This document shows positions 12,396-24,630 of a DNA stretch of 64,000 nt, one piece after another. Within the stretch, counting starts at the first letter, position 1. Every line of letters starts with the position of its first letter. A program made the position numbers and the translations under genes. The DNA lies in assembly GCA_963575745.1 (NCBI GenBank), contig CAUYUJ010000002.1:558001-622000 (forward strand), given 5' to 3'. The notes below the pieces were generated by a model. It saw only the letters and a program-made list of their open reading frames with translations. It did not search any database and was not told the DNA's origin. Origin of the DNA: Prorocentrum cordatum (lineage: Eukaryota).

Positions 12396-12809
12396 GTATT
12401 CTGGCCTAGGGCTTAGGTCCGATCCGACTGTACAATAACAATAACATGTGTTGCAGAACGTTTCACTTTAGTCGTCACGACAACCCGTTGTGGCGTCTGA
12501 ACCAACCATGACGTCGAATATAAGGCACCAATCATATACCACGTTTTGTTGTGGCGTGTACGTGCGTTGCGAACGTTCTACTTGTGCGAATGTGTTGTTT
12601 CGTTTCGCCTCATTTGTTTCTACCTCGCGTTCTGCTTTGGTGTTGTCTTTCAGTTTTGTTCATATATGAGTACTAGTTGTTGTTTGAGGCTGTTCCAATG
12701 CTCTTGCAGTGTCCGGTGATTTCGTGGCTGCCTCCTGGCTGCGTGCGCAGTTACGTTCAATGTCTCCGTCGTCGCCTTCTCTGTCGCAATCGTTTCTCCG
12801 GCAGCGCAG

Positions 12810-12987
12810 GCCGTGCATGTACGTGTCCTCCAAGACGGGCTGCATCAAGGGGCAGGACTGTCAGTACTGCCACCTCGCGCACCCCAAGAAGAACCGGCCA
12901 CGCCCGTGCAAGGCCACCCGCCTGCAGTGCAAGCAGCTCGCCAGCATGCTTGACGTCCTCTCCGCGGACGCCGAGCAGATGATAAAG
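12810..12987 (+). CDS. Exon encoding the CCCH zinc finger (C-x8-C-x5-C-x3-H)
   Basis: Reads (R)PCMYVSSKTGCIKGQDCQYCHLAHPKKNRPRPCKATRLQCKQLASMLDVLSADAEQMIK. Codons are strongly GC3-biased. CAG|G acceptor, AAG|GC donor. Confidence 0.85.
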
Positions 12988-13413
12988 GCCTGGGCCTGCG
13001 CGGATGCCAGAACATATCGGCAGTCAGGGCTGCCTCCTCTTCCTCCTCAACCTCGTTTCTGCTGCCCCCTTCACCTCATGTGAGGTTGCCCGATGTCGCT
13101 CCGAGCCTCTGGTCGCTCGGCTCTCGTTTCGACTCCGTGCGTCGATACATGGAGACGGTTTTGCCTTTCTTTCGATGCCCGAGCTTCGGGCTCTCTTGGT
13201 CTGCAGGCGGTTTCGCGTCCCGCACACCCCCTGGCAGTGCCGCCCCTGGCGGACTGTCGAGGACATCCGAGTGCCGAGTTCTCCTCATCCTCCACTCACA
13301 CTGTCGTCGTCATCCTCCTCTGCGCATGTTTTTTCCAAATCCCCCTCGTCATCTGCCTCGGCCTCCGCTCGCGCTCCCTCTCCTCATGAACAACATCCTC
13401 GTCCTACTCTCAA

Positions 13414-13511
13414 GCTGGGCATCTCCCTCTACAGGAGGAATGTTCAGCACTGATTTGTTATTGTCTATTTGTCGTCCAAAATCCCTCTCTAGGAAGGAGG
13501 ACATGCCCGAC
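13414..13511. mobile_element. MITE family A, copy 4 (internally shortened)
   Basis: GCTGGGCATCTCCCTCTACAGGAGGAATGTTCA ... GGACATGCCCGAC. Confidence 0.7.
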
Positions 13512-14145
13512 CTATCCTACCAGTCTGCATCTGCCTCTTCCCCCTCCAGCTCCCCCCCACTCGTCGTGGACCTCCTCCGAAGACCTCCTCCGGAAAGCAC
13601 ATTCGGGTCACGAGCGAGGGAGTGAAACGCAGCGGCTGCGGCCCAAAGCAATGATCTCCGACTACACACTGCGCCAACATGATTAGTGTCTAAGATAAGA
13701 AGCAACAGGTTTTCCGAGTTGATATTCGCCCACGTGGGTAATTCCAGATTTGCAATGATAGTGGCAGCTATGGCTAGAAACCATGCGAGTGCCAGGACTG
13801 GTGGGCTTAGGAGCAATTTGCCATCATCTGTAGGACCGAGGTCAGATATTTGATGCGTCGCGACATCGTTCTTCGGGAAACGCGCTTCCCCTACCTTCTT
13901 TCCTTCTTCTTCCTCCTCTTCCTCCTCCTCCTCCTCCCTCACTTCATCCCATTCGTCCTCCTTCCCTCATTTCGATGACGTGCTCGCCTCGGGGTTTCAG
14001 AAAGGTCGCGCCAGCACATGGTGCACCCCTTGAATTGAACAGGCGGGCTATTCGGGCGGGGCGAACGACTACCTCCTCGCAGCGCAGCCCCACCCCCTTC
14101 CCCATCACCATCGCCTCCGCAGCCTTCGTCGCCCCCGCCGTCCTT

Positions 14146-14180
14146 CACACACACACACACACATCTACATACATACAAAT

Positions 14181-14219
<39 letters not shown>

Positions 14220-14280
14220 AAATGTATACAGGTAGTTGTGTGTACACATGCTTGTATGTGTGTAGGTCTATGTGTGTATA
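14146..14280. repeat. (CA)n/(TA)n microsatellite
   Basis: Direct reading. Confidence 0.85.
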
Positions 14281-14794
14281 TTCATCTCCCTCCTCCCCAC
14301 CTCTGCTGCCCCTCCTTATCCTCGCCATCCTCTGCGTATCGCCCGAATCCGTTTTCACCTTCTGGTGGGGGAAGAAAGATGTGGGAGAGGGCGAGATGAC
14401 GCACGGAGGTTGGTGGGGGGAACACAGAGGAGAGCGGAGGAAGGGGGGGACGCGGGGAGGAGGCAGACGGAGGCACGAGGGGGAGTCGATGGGGGAGGGC
14501 GGGGGGGGGAAAGGCGAAAGGTGGAGGAATAAGGACGGAGGGAGACGCCAGGATAGCGAGGATGCGAAGGGTTGGCAGGAGGAGGTCGAGGGACATTCGA
14601 CGGGTAGACCGAAGTTGCAATGCACGCAGGAGTCGACCCATCGAGGCCGAGCATGGTCTCTCGAATGCGGGCGGCAAACGTGGTCGAGGAGCAGGGAGGA
14701 GGAGGAGGGGGAGCAGCAGGAGGAGGCGGAGGAGACGGAGGCGGGAATGCGATTCGAGGTAGATGACAAGCAAATCAGTGAAAGGCGAAGGGAT

Positions 14795-15142
14795 GCTCAT
14801 GGTTGTGGTCATGTGGCTGATGCTGATGATGATGGTGGTGGTGATGATGCTGCTGATGATGATGATGAGTATGATGCTGATGCTGCTGATGGTGCTAATG
14901 ATGATGCTGGTGATGCTGATGATGCTGATGATGATAGTGATGATGCTGATGCTGATGATGGTGGTGGTGGTGGTGGTGGCCGTGCTGCTGATGATGCTGA
15001 TGATGGTGCTGATGATGATGTTGATGCTGATGATGATGCTGCTGATGATGATGTGGACGCTGCTGTTGACGATGAGTATGATGATGCTTGTGATGTGGTG
15101 ATGATGACAATGATGCTTGTGACGGTGATGATGACGGTGATT

Positions 15143-15205
<63 letters not shown>

Positions 15206-15532
15206 GTGATGCTGATGATGTTGTTGGTACTGATATGGTTGATGATGATGATCATGATGTGGATGCTGATGCTGCTGATGATGATGATGATGAGGAGGAG
15301 GAGTATAATGAGGAGGAGGAGAAGGCGTAGGAGGAGGAGGAGGGGGGGGTGGGAGAAGGTGTAGCGGGGACTACGTAGCTGGAATAAGATAATGTGGACG
15401 ATAAAGCAGAGTCGGATGAGGAGGAGGAGCAGAGAAGACGAGCCGACGGGTGGCGAGGGGATGTGGATGATGATCATGATGATGATGATGCTGATGATGC
15501 CGGGCATGATTATGATGTTGATGCTGTTGATG

Positions 15533-15564
<32 letters not shown>

Positions 15565-15587
15565 GATGATGGTGGTGGTCATGACGG

Positions 15588-15633
<46 letters not shown>

Positions 15634-16143
15634 ACTGAGGTGGATGATGCCGATTCTAACAATAATGATGTTTGTGATTGCGATGATGATGGTGTTGATC
15701 CTGATCATGTTGATGATGATTATGATCATGCTGCTGATGATGAGGAGGAGGATGATGCTGTTGATGGTGTTTCGGATGGCGATTGTGATGATGATGCGGC
15801 TGATGATGATTGTTGAGATGGTTGCGCTGATGAGGAAAAGGAGAAGGGGGATACACAGAAGAAGATGAGGCTGAGGAGAAGAGGAGGATAAGGGAAGGAA
15901 GATGATGATGAGGGTGGTGATGATGATGACGGCGATGGTAATGATGCCGACGACGACGACGACGATGATGATGATGATGTTGGTGGTGATGGTGATGTTT
16001 CTGATGATGACGATGAGGAGGAGGGAAGACGATCCGAGGTAAACGACAAGCCAATCGATGGAAGTCGAAGGGATGCTCGTACTTGTGGTTATGTTGATGA
16101 TGATGATGATGACGATGATGACGATGATGGCGATGGTGATGGA

Positions 16144-16208
<65 letters not shown>

Positions 16209-16349
16209 GGATCATGATAATGATGACGGTGGTGATGACGATGATGACGACAATGTTGCTGACGACGAAGACGATGATCAATGATGATAACGATGATGAG
16301 GATGATGAGGATGATGGGGATGAGGATGAGGATGAGGATGATGATGATT
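14795..16349. repeat. Large degenerate (GAT)n array with GAG interruptions
   Basis: Direct reading; this is the source of the poly-D/M/H/I/S pseudo-ORFs. Confidence 0.95.
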
Positions 16350-16350
16350 A

Positions 16351-16372
16351 TCCGTAGCCATTTTGGCTCATG
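16351..16372 (+). other. Relic dinoflagellate spliced leader (DinoSL)
   Basis: TCCGTAGCCATTTTGGCTCATG versus the known DCCGTAGCCATTTTGGCTCAAG: 21/22 identical. Confidence 0.9.
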
Positions 16373-17740
16373 CCTTTCCGTAGGCCCCCCGCTCCTAGAC
16401 CTTGTCCCCAGCCGTATCTTGCGACCCCAGATTCACGGGGCAACGCGGCGGGCGGGGGGGACTTGGGGGAGCGGGGCTTTGGGCTTATGGGCACAATGGC
16501 TGCGGGAGGGTGTGGCTTCTCACATCCACATGGGGCTGCAGAGGGTCGGTGTGCTAGGAGGGCGCGTGCACGGGAGTCCGCAGACAGGCTCGTGCGTCGG
16601 CTCTCGCAGCAGCTGGGCGACCTCAAGCAGCAGCATGACGTCCTTTGGGATTCTCTCGAGCTCTTCTTCGGCGATGCGGAGCTGGCCCAGCGCGTGTTCG
16701 CGGTCATTCCCGCCCTGGAGGCCCTGATTGCTGGCTGGTGGCCGGAGAAGGTTGATGCCCTTCGCCGGAATGTAGCCCTACATGCCGAGGCTGCAGAATT
16801 CAACGTATTGACGGCCACGCCGCAGCAGCTCCGAAAGGCCCAGCGCCGACGGCGCTTGGGGGCGCCAGCTGAGCAGCCGCAGCAAGTTTTGCGGGCAGAT
16901 GCTGTGCCTGTCTCTCCTTCGGCAGGATCTCGGGAGCAGCTGCCGCACTTCCCCATGACCTTCGAGCGTGGCGAGGGCTATCGGTGCACGTGTGGCACGG
17001 TCGCCTTCTCGAGCGTGGCGATTGGCGCGAGAGCGGTGCGCCGCCTGCCGCAGGGCGATGTCGGGTTCTGCTCTGGTCCCTCGGCCCCTGCGGCCGTCGG
17101 GGCACCCGGCGCGGCGGTCGAGGCCTGTGGCGCCGACCCCAGGGGGCGTGATCGGAGCCCTGGGGGCTTGGGAACGTTTCCCACGAGCCCTCGGTACTCA
17201 GTGAGGCTGGCGCGGTTGCCAGACAGCAGGAATCGTTGCCTGTTTCTGGAAGCTAACGGCCGTCTTCGCGCGCGAGACCGAGGCGCTCGGCCTTTTGCTC
17301 GTATCTCTGGCATTGGACCCCCGCAGGAGGCGGAATGCCAGCTGCAGTGACGTCTTTCGATGCTCTTTCTTTGAAGGTATGTTGTTGTGATCGGACACGG
17401 TTTACATTTTAGCTTCGGATTGTTGTTGCCGCATGGATTGGTACACTGCTGAATGCGGCTTCCTGGTCTCAATAGAGTTATTGAATGTGGCTTTCTGGCA
17501 TTTGATTATCACCATCGCTTCGCTGCAACAATTCGTCGCCACATGTCTCTGGTTGTCTTCGCTGCTATACCCCGTCAAGAGCGCAGGCATCGATATCGTT
17601 TTTTTGTTTGAGCACAGGCTGCTTCAAGGAAGTATTTTTCATGAGAGGCACCTTCAGCCACCAGCCGCCCAACACCCTAAACAGCGATGTTTACATGTTT
17701 GGGCCCCTCTGGCTTGTGTAGCTGTTGAGGGTCTCTGACC
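16351..17740 (+). mobile_element. SL-headed retroposed element, probably the 5' end of a non-LTR retrotransposon (ORF1 plus degenerate endonuclease start)
   Basis: The SL relic is followed by an intronless ORF to 17350 with a coding-like core (LSQQLGDLKQQHDVLWDSL...RRNVALHAE). Then comes ITIASL...GIDIVFLFEHRL (17508-17621), which resembles the APE/EEP N-terminal D-I-x-x-L-Q-E motif. The right boundary is approximate. Confidence 0.6.
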
Positions 17741-18221
17741 TCTCCCTCCCCATCCTCAGTAGAGAATGCAATATCAGGCATGTCTTCACAGCCTGCGGAT
17801 TTCTCGAGGGGAGGGGAGAGCAGAGGAGAGCAGGAGACGGGGTTGGGACGACGATGCGCGCCGAGGCGGCACTCAGAATCCAGTTCCTTGCGGCACGCCC
17901 CAGGCCAGAGGCCCATGGCAGACCGCACTCAGATGTTTGCCTTTTTTCCGCTCCTAGAGTGGACTTGGGACACAAGGGTGCAAACGTGCAAGCGATGATG
18001 ACGATTATGATGAGATGGAGGCGGAGGAGGAGAAGGAGACGGAGAGACTGCATGTTTGAAGTGCGTGCTGCGGGGGGGGGCTCGAAGCCGGTTCACCCCG
18101 TTGCGAGTGCCAGCCGTAAGGGGGGGCCTACGGGCCTTGCGGGAAGGAGGAGGAGGAGGAGCAGTAGGAGGAGGAGGGGAAGGAAGAGATGCAGACGGTG
18201 CTATTGCGCAGCCTCGGGAAG

Positions 18222-18283
18222 GCGACGGAGGTCCTGGGCGACAACGCCGCGTACATGCGGACCGTGCTCCGGGGAAAACAGAG
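18222..18283 (+). CDS. Next exon of the CCCH gene: ATEVLGDNAAYMRTVLRGKQ(R)
   Basis: AAG|G acceptor and AG|GC donor; GC3-rich island inside purine repeats; in frame with exon 12810-12987. Confidence 0.6.
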
Positions 18284-20324
18284 GCCAGCATCTGCCAGGG
18301 GGAAAAGGAGGGGGGGAAAGGAGGAGGAGGAGGAGGAGGAGAAGGAGGACGTGGAGGTGGAGGGGGAAGAGACTTGTGAGGGCCATCAATTGGGGGGATG
18401 CAACCGGGGGGACGCATCGGCCCCCAATCGCCCACTCATCGCCGATAGGGGCCCGCTTGCCCGCCCAGGCACGGCCGGATTCGCTCTCGGGGGCGTTTGG
18501 CCGATTTATCGGCGACGCATCGTCGAATTTCGGCTGTTTCCCCTTCGGAGCTGCTCCCCCTTATCGTTCCTTTTCACTGTCCTTGGTTTGAACATGCGCT
18601 GCACAGGGGGGCGTTAGTGAACGAGACCCAAGCGGAGGGGGCCACGACTTCTACACCAGTCTGTGCTAATCGCAGGGGTGACGAAGGGAAGTAGGAAGAC
18701 GAGGAGCAGGAGCAGGAGCAGGAGCAGGAGGAGGAGGAGGAGCAGGAGGAGGAGGAGGAGGAGGAGGAGGAGAAAGAGGAGGAGGAGCAGGAGGAGGACG
18801 AGGGATGAACACGGCGGGAGCTGGAGGAGGAGGGATGACGGGAAAGAGGGGGCGAGGAGGCGGAGGGAGGCCTCACGCCTGACCGAGCGCGGCTCCCTCG
18901 CGAGGCAGCTCGCCGGCGAGGCAGATTCGCGCGCGGAGGCGCCGTCCGAGGACCTCGGGGGAGAGGGGGGCACCCGACCCGGCCTCCTCCCCTTCCTCCT
19001 CCTCCTCCTCCTCCTTCTCCTTTTCCTCTTTCCCCCCCTCCTCTTCCTCCTCCTCCTCCTCCTCCTCCTCCTCCTCTTACTAGTCGGCGTTGGAACTCAG
19101 ACACTTTGAGCCTGGACGGAGGGAGGATCTTCACTGACACTGTTCACTCACACGATTTACGGATTCTGACAGCCACACAGGTTGTTTTGCCGGGACCAGA
19201 AAAGGAGAAGGAAACAAACAAACATAACAATCTCTGCAGCCCGTCCGATACCGTACCTCTTTGCGACCTTTCCCAGATGGGCTGGGTAGTGAATTTGTGA
19301 TGGATTTTTCTTGTGCCGCACCTTTCCATTTTTGGGGAAGACTGGAGTGCGACCAGAAGAACAAAAGACGAGCCAAAGACGCAGATAATGGACGCGCCGC
19401 GCCCACGCGCGGAAACGCCAGCTTGCCAGGACTGCAGTTTGTGAGCAGATGGCTGCTCAAGTCCAGGGAACGGACATCAAGGCGAGTTGTAGCAAAGTGC
19501 ACGAAAGGAGAGGGCATACGGCAGTGGGTGAGTTTGTAGAGCTTGCTCGGCGCCCCCCTCCCCCTGCGTCCTTTGGGGCACACGGGGGCGAGCTGCCAGG
19601 GGAGTTCGCGGAGCCGCTTCGTCTCCCCTCAACGCTTGCGCCCACGCGTGCCCAGGAGCAGCCCGTCACAATGATTGGCGGATCTCCCATATCGGAAACG
19701 CTGTCACAAGAGATCCAATATCAGTTCTGCCAATGGAATCCGATTGGCCCTGCTTCGCATTCGTTCGTTCGCCACCGAGCAAAACTGGAGGCAAGGTTGG
19801 GCAGCCGCGGCCACCCGCCCCCCCCTGAACGGGGCCGCTGCACTCGAGCCGCCCCGGGAGGCGCTGAATAGAAAAAACGCTGCAACGCCAGAGGCACAGA
19901 GAGCCTCGCGGCCGCGGCGCAGACGAACGCAGGCGACAATGAAGGAGGATAGAGGCCCCGAGATTCGGAGGTCATTGGCCTCTGTCGGTGCTGGACTTCG
20001 AAAATCCATGGACCCCCGCCGAGGTAAGACGGACGAGAAGGAGGTCTGGAAAGTATTCGCCGGAGAGCGAAGGAGGTCTGGGAAGATGGAGGCCCCGAGG
20101 TTCAGAGGCCACCGAGTGGTGCCGATGACGAAGTTCGAAAACCCATGCTCCTGTATGAGATCGCAGCGCTTCTGGGATTCTTCAGTTCCACAGCCGGCCG
20201 CGAAGGAATGACGAAGGGCGTTTTGCAAATATTGCGCAAGGAACGGGGTGTGTCCATTGGAGAAGATGTTGAAATACTAAAATTTTCCCAGTGCGACCCT
20301 ACGTACGAGTTGGAGCATTTACGG

Positions 20325-21265
20325 AAGCAACATCTACATTTACACCGACAGCTACACTTACATTTGCACTTGCATCTACATCTACATCAACATCAACAGC
20401 GAGATTCACATTCGCATTTACATCTACACCTGCATCTACAGAGCGACCCAGAGCTCCTACGCGGCTTCTGGCTCCTGCAAGAGCTGCAGGCTGTTCAGCA
20501 CTGCTCGCGGCTCCTGAAAGAGCTGCAGGCTATTCATCACTGCTCGCAAGAGCTGCAGGCTGTTCAGCACTGCTCGCGGCTCCTGCAAGAGCTGCAGGCT
20601 GTTCAGCACTGCAGGTCCGGCTTTGCGTTGCTTGTGTTTTGTTTTGCAGCTGTGATTGTTGATTTGCCTTTTTTGTTGCTGTGTTATGGTATGTTGCGTT
20701 ATGCTATGCTATGGTTTGCTCTGCTGCGCTATGCTATGGTCTGCTATGCTGCGATACGATAGGAGTTGCTGCGCTACGCGGTGCTAGGATATGTTATGAT
20801 ATGCGATGTTGTGATCTGTACTATGATATGATGCGATATGTTCTGCTATGATGTGATGTGATGTGGTATGATATGTTATACTGAGCTGTGCTATGTTAAG
20901 CAGCGCTCTGCTATGTTATTATATGATATGATGCGCTATGCCATGGTATGATGAGTTATGCGATGTTATGCTATGCTATGGTATGATGCTGTGTGTGCTA
21001 CGTTATGCTTTGCTATGCTGTGCAGTGATGTGCTGGTGTTGCGCTGCGCTATACTGCGCTGCGCGAAGCTAAGGTAAGCTAAGTTATGCTAAGCTAAGCT
21101 AAGCTAGGCTAATAAGTTAAGCCAAGCTAAGCTAAGCTGAGCCAAGATGAGATATGCTAAGCTAAGCTAGACTAGGCTAGGCTAGGCTAGGCTAGGCAAA
21201 GCTAGCTAAGTTAGTATGAGATAAACTAATCTAAGCTTAGCTAAGCTTAGCTAAACTAAGCTGGG
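20325..21265. repeat. Compound repeat block: (CATCTA)-like, ~39-bp tandem x~4 (20470-20612), (ATGCT)n-like, (CTAAG)n
   Basis: Direct reading; gctcctgcaagagctgcaggctgttcagcactgc is repeated. Confidence 0.85.
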
Positions 21266-22499
21266 TGAGCCCAGGGGACGCAACTGGGGGAACCGCGGGG
21301 CGGATACTGGGGGAACCGCCCGGGTCGGTTCCCACCGCCCGGCCCTTTAAGCCAAGAGAGTCAGAACCCTTTTAGGCAGAGCCTAGGTAGGGAACCGTTG
21401 CTCCTCATAGTGCGGACGCGGAGGAGGTACAGGAGGAGTAGGGCGCTGAGGTAAAGGGGCCGGCGCAATTTCCCAACGGGGGCTCCCTCTGACCTCTTAG
21501 TGGTTAAATACGCAGTTGTTGAAGGGTTCGCCATCGAAGAGCGGGCGCGGAAACGCAGCGGGCGAATTTTGAACGGCATCCATGACGCTATGTGGAACAG
21601 CGTGGGCCATTATTTTTCCGCGGGCGAATTGCGGCGCCACGGGGTTTCCATCGGCGCAGTTCGCCCTTGGACAGAGGTGGGATCCGTTCTTTCGGAATGG
21701 GAAAGCGTTGGAGTTTTTGCCAACACGGGAGACAAGTGCACAAATGCTACCCCGCGAAGGTTAATTACGCTTTTTTTTTCTTCAGAATGGGAAAGCACAG
21801 GGGCTCAACAGAGCGATTCCGGCGCGGAGGAGGACGCTGAATTAGCGTCGAAGGGAGAGCCGCGCGCGCAAGCGAGGGCATCTCGGAGCGCAGGCCTCCT
21901 CGCCCAGCGTTCCCCCCTCTCGTCTCTGAGTCTCTCGTCCTCGGTCCTTTGCTCTGCGGGATATTGAGAGGAATCGGGCTCGCGAGTTTAAAGGGGCCTC
22001 AGGGAACCCTCCTTCTTGCGCAGGCCCGCTCGCGCGCGCCACTGGCAGCGCGGTGCCAGCGGCGCCGCGTCCTTCGGTTTCATCGGGGAGTTGTTGGCTG
22101 GTGATACAGGGCCGGCCCCCTTGTGAACGGGCCGCGCGCTAGCCTGTGGCGGAAGCGGGGGGAGGGGCAGGGGGTGGAGGGAACGCCGCGCGATCCGCCC
22201 CTGCGGAGGCCCTGGCAGAGGCTTCGGTACGATGTCGAAAGGCTGTCGGGTCCTTGCTGCGCACTACTCACGCAGGGGAACTTTTCTAGTCTCGCAGCTG
22301 AAATGTCGACGACGACCCCCGCGCGCAGATCGCCTCGCCTCGTCTCCCATTCCTAATCCAATGGCCCATGTAAGGGCGACTTTTGAACACAGTGCGGCGG
22401 CACTCCTTCGAACAATCCGCATCGATCCGCATCGTTCAAAGCAGTTCCCCAGCACTGCTTTGAACGATGCGGAAATCTGGCCAGCAGGGGGCATGGAAA

Positions 22500-22507
22500 C
22501 GACCGAC

Positions 22508-22541
<34 letters not shown>

Positions 22542-22655
22542 GCGGCGACGACGACGGCGACGGACGACGACGACGACGACAACGACGACGACGACGGCCG
22601 CGGCGGCGGCAGCGGCGCCGGCGACGACGGCGGCGGCGGCGACGACGACGTCGAT
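22500..22655. repeat. (GAC/GGC)n microsatellite
   Basis: Direct reading. Confidence 0.9.
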
Positions 22656-22770
22656 GTGTATAATTCCACACCTATTTTTATATATACATACACCCGTATA
22701 CCCATATATGATTTGAGAGAGTTTCTGTGGAACTCACGTCATCCTCACCCCCGGCGCGAAGAGCACGAGT

Positions 22771-23950
22771 CCAGAGCGGCCTCCGGCACCGTTTCCGGAC
22801 AGATCCGGTGGATCCGCTGGATCCGCTGGATCCGGTGACGAATCCCAAACCGGCGCCCTCGCTTGAGACATCCTCACAAAACCGGCCCCGGGGGAGGTGC
22901 CCAGAGGAGCCCAGAGCGGCCTCCGGCACCGTTTCCGGACAGATCCGGTGGATCCGCTGGATCCGCTGGATCCGGTGACGAATCCCAAACCGGCGCCCTC
23001 GCTTGAGACATCCTCACAAAACCGGCCCCGGGGGAGGTGCCCAGAGGAGCCCAGAGCGGCCTCCGGCACCGTTTCCGGACAGATCCGGTGGATCCGCTGG
23101 ATCCGCTGGATCCGGTGACGAATCCCAAACCGGCGCCCTCGCTTGAGACATCCTCACAAAACCGGCCCCGGGGGAGGTGCCCAGAGGAGCCCAGAGCGGC
23201 CTCCGGCACCGTTTCCGGACAGATCCGTGGATCCGCTGGATCCGCTGGATCCGGTGACGAATCCCAAACCGGCGCCCTCGCTTGAGACATCCTCACAAAA
23301 CCGGCCCCGGGGGAGGTGCCCAGAGGAGCCCAGAGCGGCCTCCGGCACCGTTTCCGGACAGATCCTGGATCCGCTGGATCCGCTGGATCCGGTGACGAAT
23401 CCCAAACCGGCGCCCTCGCTTGAGACATCCTTGCCCAGAGGAGCCCAGAGCGGCCTCCGGCACCGTTTCGGACAGAAATCCGCTGGATCCGCCGGTGACG
23501 GGCGCCCTCGCTTGAGTGCCCAGAGGAGCCGGCGCCCTCGCTTGAGACATCCTCACAAAACCGGCCCCGGGGGAGGTGCCCAGAGGAGCCCAGAGCGGCC
23601 TCCGGCACGTTTCCGGACAGATCCGCTGGATCCGCTGGATCCGCTGGATCCGGTGACGAATCCCAAACCGGCGCCCTCGCTTGAGACATCCTCACAAAAC
23701 CGGCCCCGGGGGAGGTGCCCAGAGGAGCCCAGAGCGGCCTCCGGCACCGTTTCCGGACAGATCCGGTGGATCCGCTGGATCCGCTGGATCCGGTGACGAA
23801 TCCCAAACCGGCGCCCTCGCTTGAGACATCCTCACAAAACCGGCCCCGGGGGAGGTGCCCAGAGGAGCCCAGAGCGGCCTCCGGCACCGTTTCCGGACAG
23901 ATCCGGACAGATCCGGTGGATCCGCGCCCCGGGGGAGGTGCCCAGAGGAG
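22771..23950. repeat. Near-identical 140-bp tandem repeat, ~8 copies
   Basis: The unit ccagagcggcctccggcaccgtttccggacagatcc...cccagaggagc starts at 22771, 22911, 23051, 23191 and onward. It is scrambled at ~23430-23560 and contains an internal 9-bp GGATCCGCT repeat. Confidence 0.95.
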
Positions 23951-23954
23951 GAAT

Positions 23955-24555
23955 GAGGAGGAGGAGGAGGAGGAGGAGGAGGAGGAGGAGGAGGAGGAGG
24001 AGGAGGAGGAGGAGGAGGAGAAGATGATGGAGCTGCGGGGTGGAGGAGGACAGACGGAGGCAAGAGAAGGATGGAGGAGGAGGAGGAGGAGGAGGAGGAG
24101 GAGGAGGAGGAGGAGGAGGAGGAACCTCATCACCCTCGCCAACAAGCGCACGCACCTTCTTCCATATACAGAAACTCCCGATCAACCGCAGAGCGGCCGG
24201 CTAGTACCGGAGAAAAGCCCCAATCAGGGCCATAGGGCTAGGGGGCATAGGGCTATTGAGCGATAGGGCTACAGATCTATAGGGCTATAGAGTTGTAGGG
24301 CTATTCGGCTACAGGGCTATACGGCTATAGGGCTTAGGGCTATAGGGCACCCGCGGGCACGCCCGGGCACCCGGGCACCCCCGGGCACCCCCCTGGGCAC
24401 CCGGGCCCCGGGCTCCCCTGGGCGGCGCCTGGGCGCGCAGCGAAAATCGGCGACAAACCTAACATAACCATATGAATCCGCAAAGACACCTTCTGAGGCA
24501 ATTTCTGATTTGGGAATATATATGTGTATATATATACCTATATACACATACACAC

Positions 24556-24590
<35 letters not shown>

Positions 24591-24630
24591 TATATACATA
24601 TATACATATGCATATACATACATACATAGA
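23955..24630. repeat. (GAG)n, TAGGGCTA-like, GGGCACCC-like and (TA/CA)n simple repeats
   Basis: Direct reading. Confidence 0.85.

Noticed and set aside
14216..16357. Long poly-D/M/H/I ORFs (also at 53380-54934 and 37894-39227)
   Set aside because: Trinucleotide microsatellite artefacts.
16351..16420. Functional SL RNA gene
   Set aside because: The leader ends ATG rather than AAG, is not followed by a GT donor or SL intron, and leads into an mRNA-like ORF.
20205..20320. KGVLQILRKERG resembling a transposase motif
   Set aside because: A single short motif with no supporting catalytic residues.
22771..23950. CRISPR-like regular spacing (also 8586-9065)
   Set aside because: Whole units repeat with no unique spacers, there are no cas genes, and the context is eukaryotic.
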